Shown one piece after another: positions 63,027 through 64,000 of a stretch of 64,000 nt of DNA; the first letter of the stretch is position 1, and each line of letters begins with the position of its first letter. The notes below the pieces were generated by a model. That model was not told where the DNA came from and did not search any database. It saw nothing but the letters and a program-made list of their open reading frames with translations. The stretch covers positions 168,888,001 through 168,952,000 of the forward strand of contig OX597816.1 of assembly GCA_951406725.2 (NCBI GenBank). The letters are read 5' to 3'. Source of the DNA: Octopus vulgaris (Eukaryota). A program made the translations under genes and the position numbers.

Positions 63027-63039
63027 TTAAAGTGGTGTA

Positions 63040-63530
63040 GTCAAAGTAAGAACAGATTGGAGAAAGTTCAAGGAGCTACCACTGCTGTTGGCAACAAAGT
63101 TTGTTTCCCTCAGAATGAAGAGTGGATTGTATGATCCTTATGTTAAAACTGTAATACTGCATGGCAGTAAGACAGTTTGACTTGAGAAGACAGGAAATAA
63201 ATGAAGTGAACAATGTTCTGTTGAATGTATAACGTAACTGTACATGAATGACTGAGTGAAAATGTGAAAAACTGGGTATAAAAGGATCCAGATGTATTGT
63301 ATAAGAAAGAAAACTGCACTGGTGTGGATGTGTGATGTGTATGGGTGAAGACGGCTGTGTAAAGGAATGCTAATCACTAATTATGGATGGTGCTTGGTGG
63401 AAGAAAGAAATCCATGAAGACGTAGGATGAACTACTAAAAGCTGATCTCAAGACCTTGAGCTTCACCGAGGAGATGATAAAGGACTGGGAGGACTGGCTA
63501 TATGCAGTTCCCGAGAAGACCCTCTACCTC
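63040..63530 (+). mobile_element. Old RTE LINE ORF2 3' remnant
   Basis: VILHGSKTV and KT.DELLKADLKTLS.TEEM.KD..DW.YAVPEKT, resembling the family R C-terminus. Confidence 0.65.
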
Positions 63531-64000
63531 AGCGAAACTGAGTTTTGGAGTTCTGTGTGTGTATGTGTGTACATACATATTCACAACTGGGTCTTGACCT
63601 AATTTCCTTCCTCCTCAAGACACCCTCACCATCCATCATCTCTGTCTGACTGCAACTTTTCCTTGATGCCACTTTTCTTACTGTCTGGGACCCTTTTGCT
63701 TATTATCCATCCTTCATTTATTAATACTGTTCTTTCCATCCACACTTTATGTCGATTGTCCTCTCCTCCTACCAAATTATCTCTCTTATATCACACATCT
63801 CACTCCTCATGCACTTCATCTACCTCATTCTCCACTCCCATCTCCTCCAACCTACCCAACCACCTGTCATCTCTCTCTTGTCCTTTTCCTTGTCTACTGT
63901 CTCCTCATTAATATCCTAACATTATACCCTGCTTTCTCCTGCACTCTCTTACTTCCCACAACTCATGCATCATTAGTCATCTGTATCTCCTTATCCATCA

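Overview
AT-rich, repeat-dense eukaryotic DNA, most likely an octopus/cephalopod (inferred from the SINE, LINE and microsatellite landscape; not verified by search). I reconstructed two spliced + strand genes by hand, and both are largely missed by the ORF track. The first is a complete 3-exon mitochondrial ribosomal protein L53 gene (9667-16171, 125 aa). The second is the first 15 coding exons of a UNC-45 myosin chaperone gene (25913-57501, 667 codons, continuing past the window); all intron phases are consistent. The rest is nested mobile DNA: two abundant tRNA-derived SINE families, RTE and CR1 LINE remnants, Penelope RT/GIY-YIG remnants, mariner/Tc1/hAT/gypsy relics, Helitron-type elements, and TIR MITEs (GG-terminated with 8-bp TSD, TTAA-type, hAT-type). 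The most interesting signal is three short asymmetric hairpin insertions with 13-14 bp TSDs and a one-sided 30-40 nt extension, which is Penelope-type architecture. One carries a near-intact minimal hammerhead ribozyme; another joins a Pol III tRNA-like head to a hammerhead-bearing pLTR. Also notable is a MITE carrying telomeric/G4-type repeats, one copy of which has amplified its terminus into a 15 x 40 bp array.
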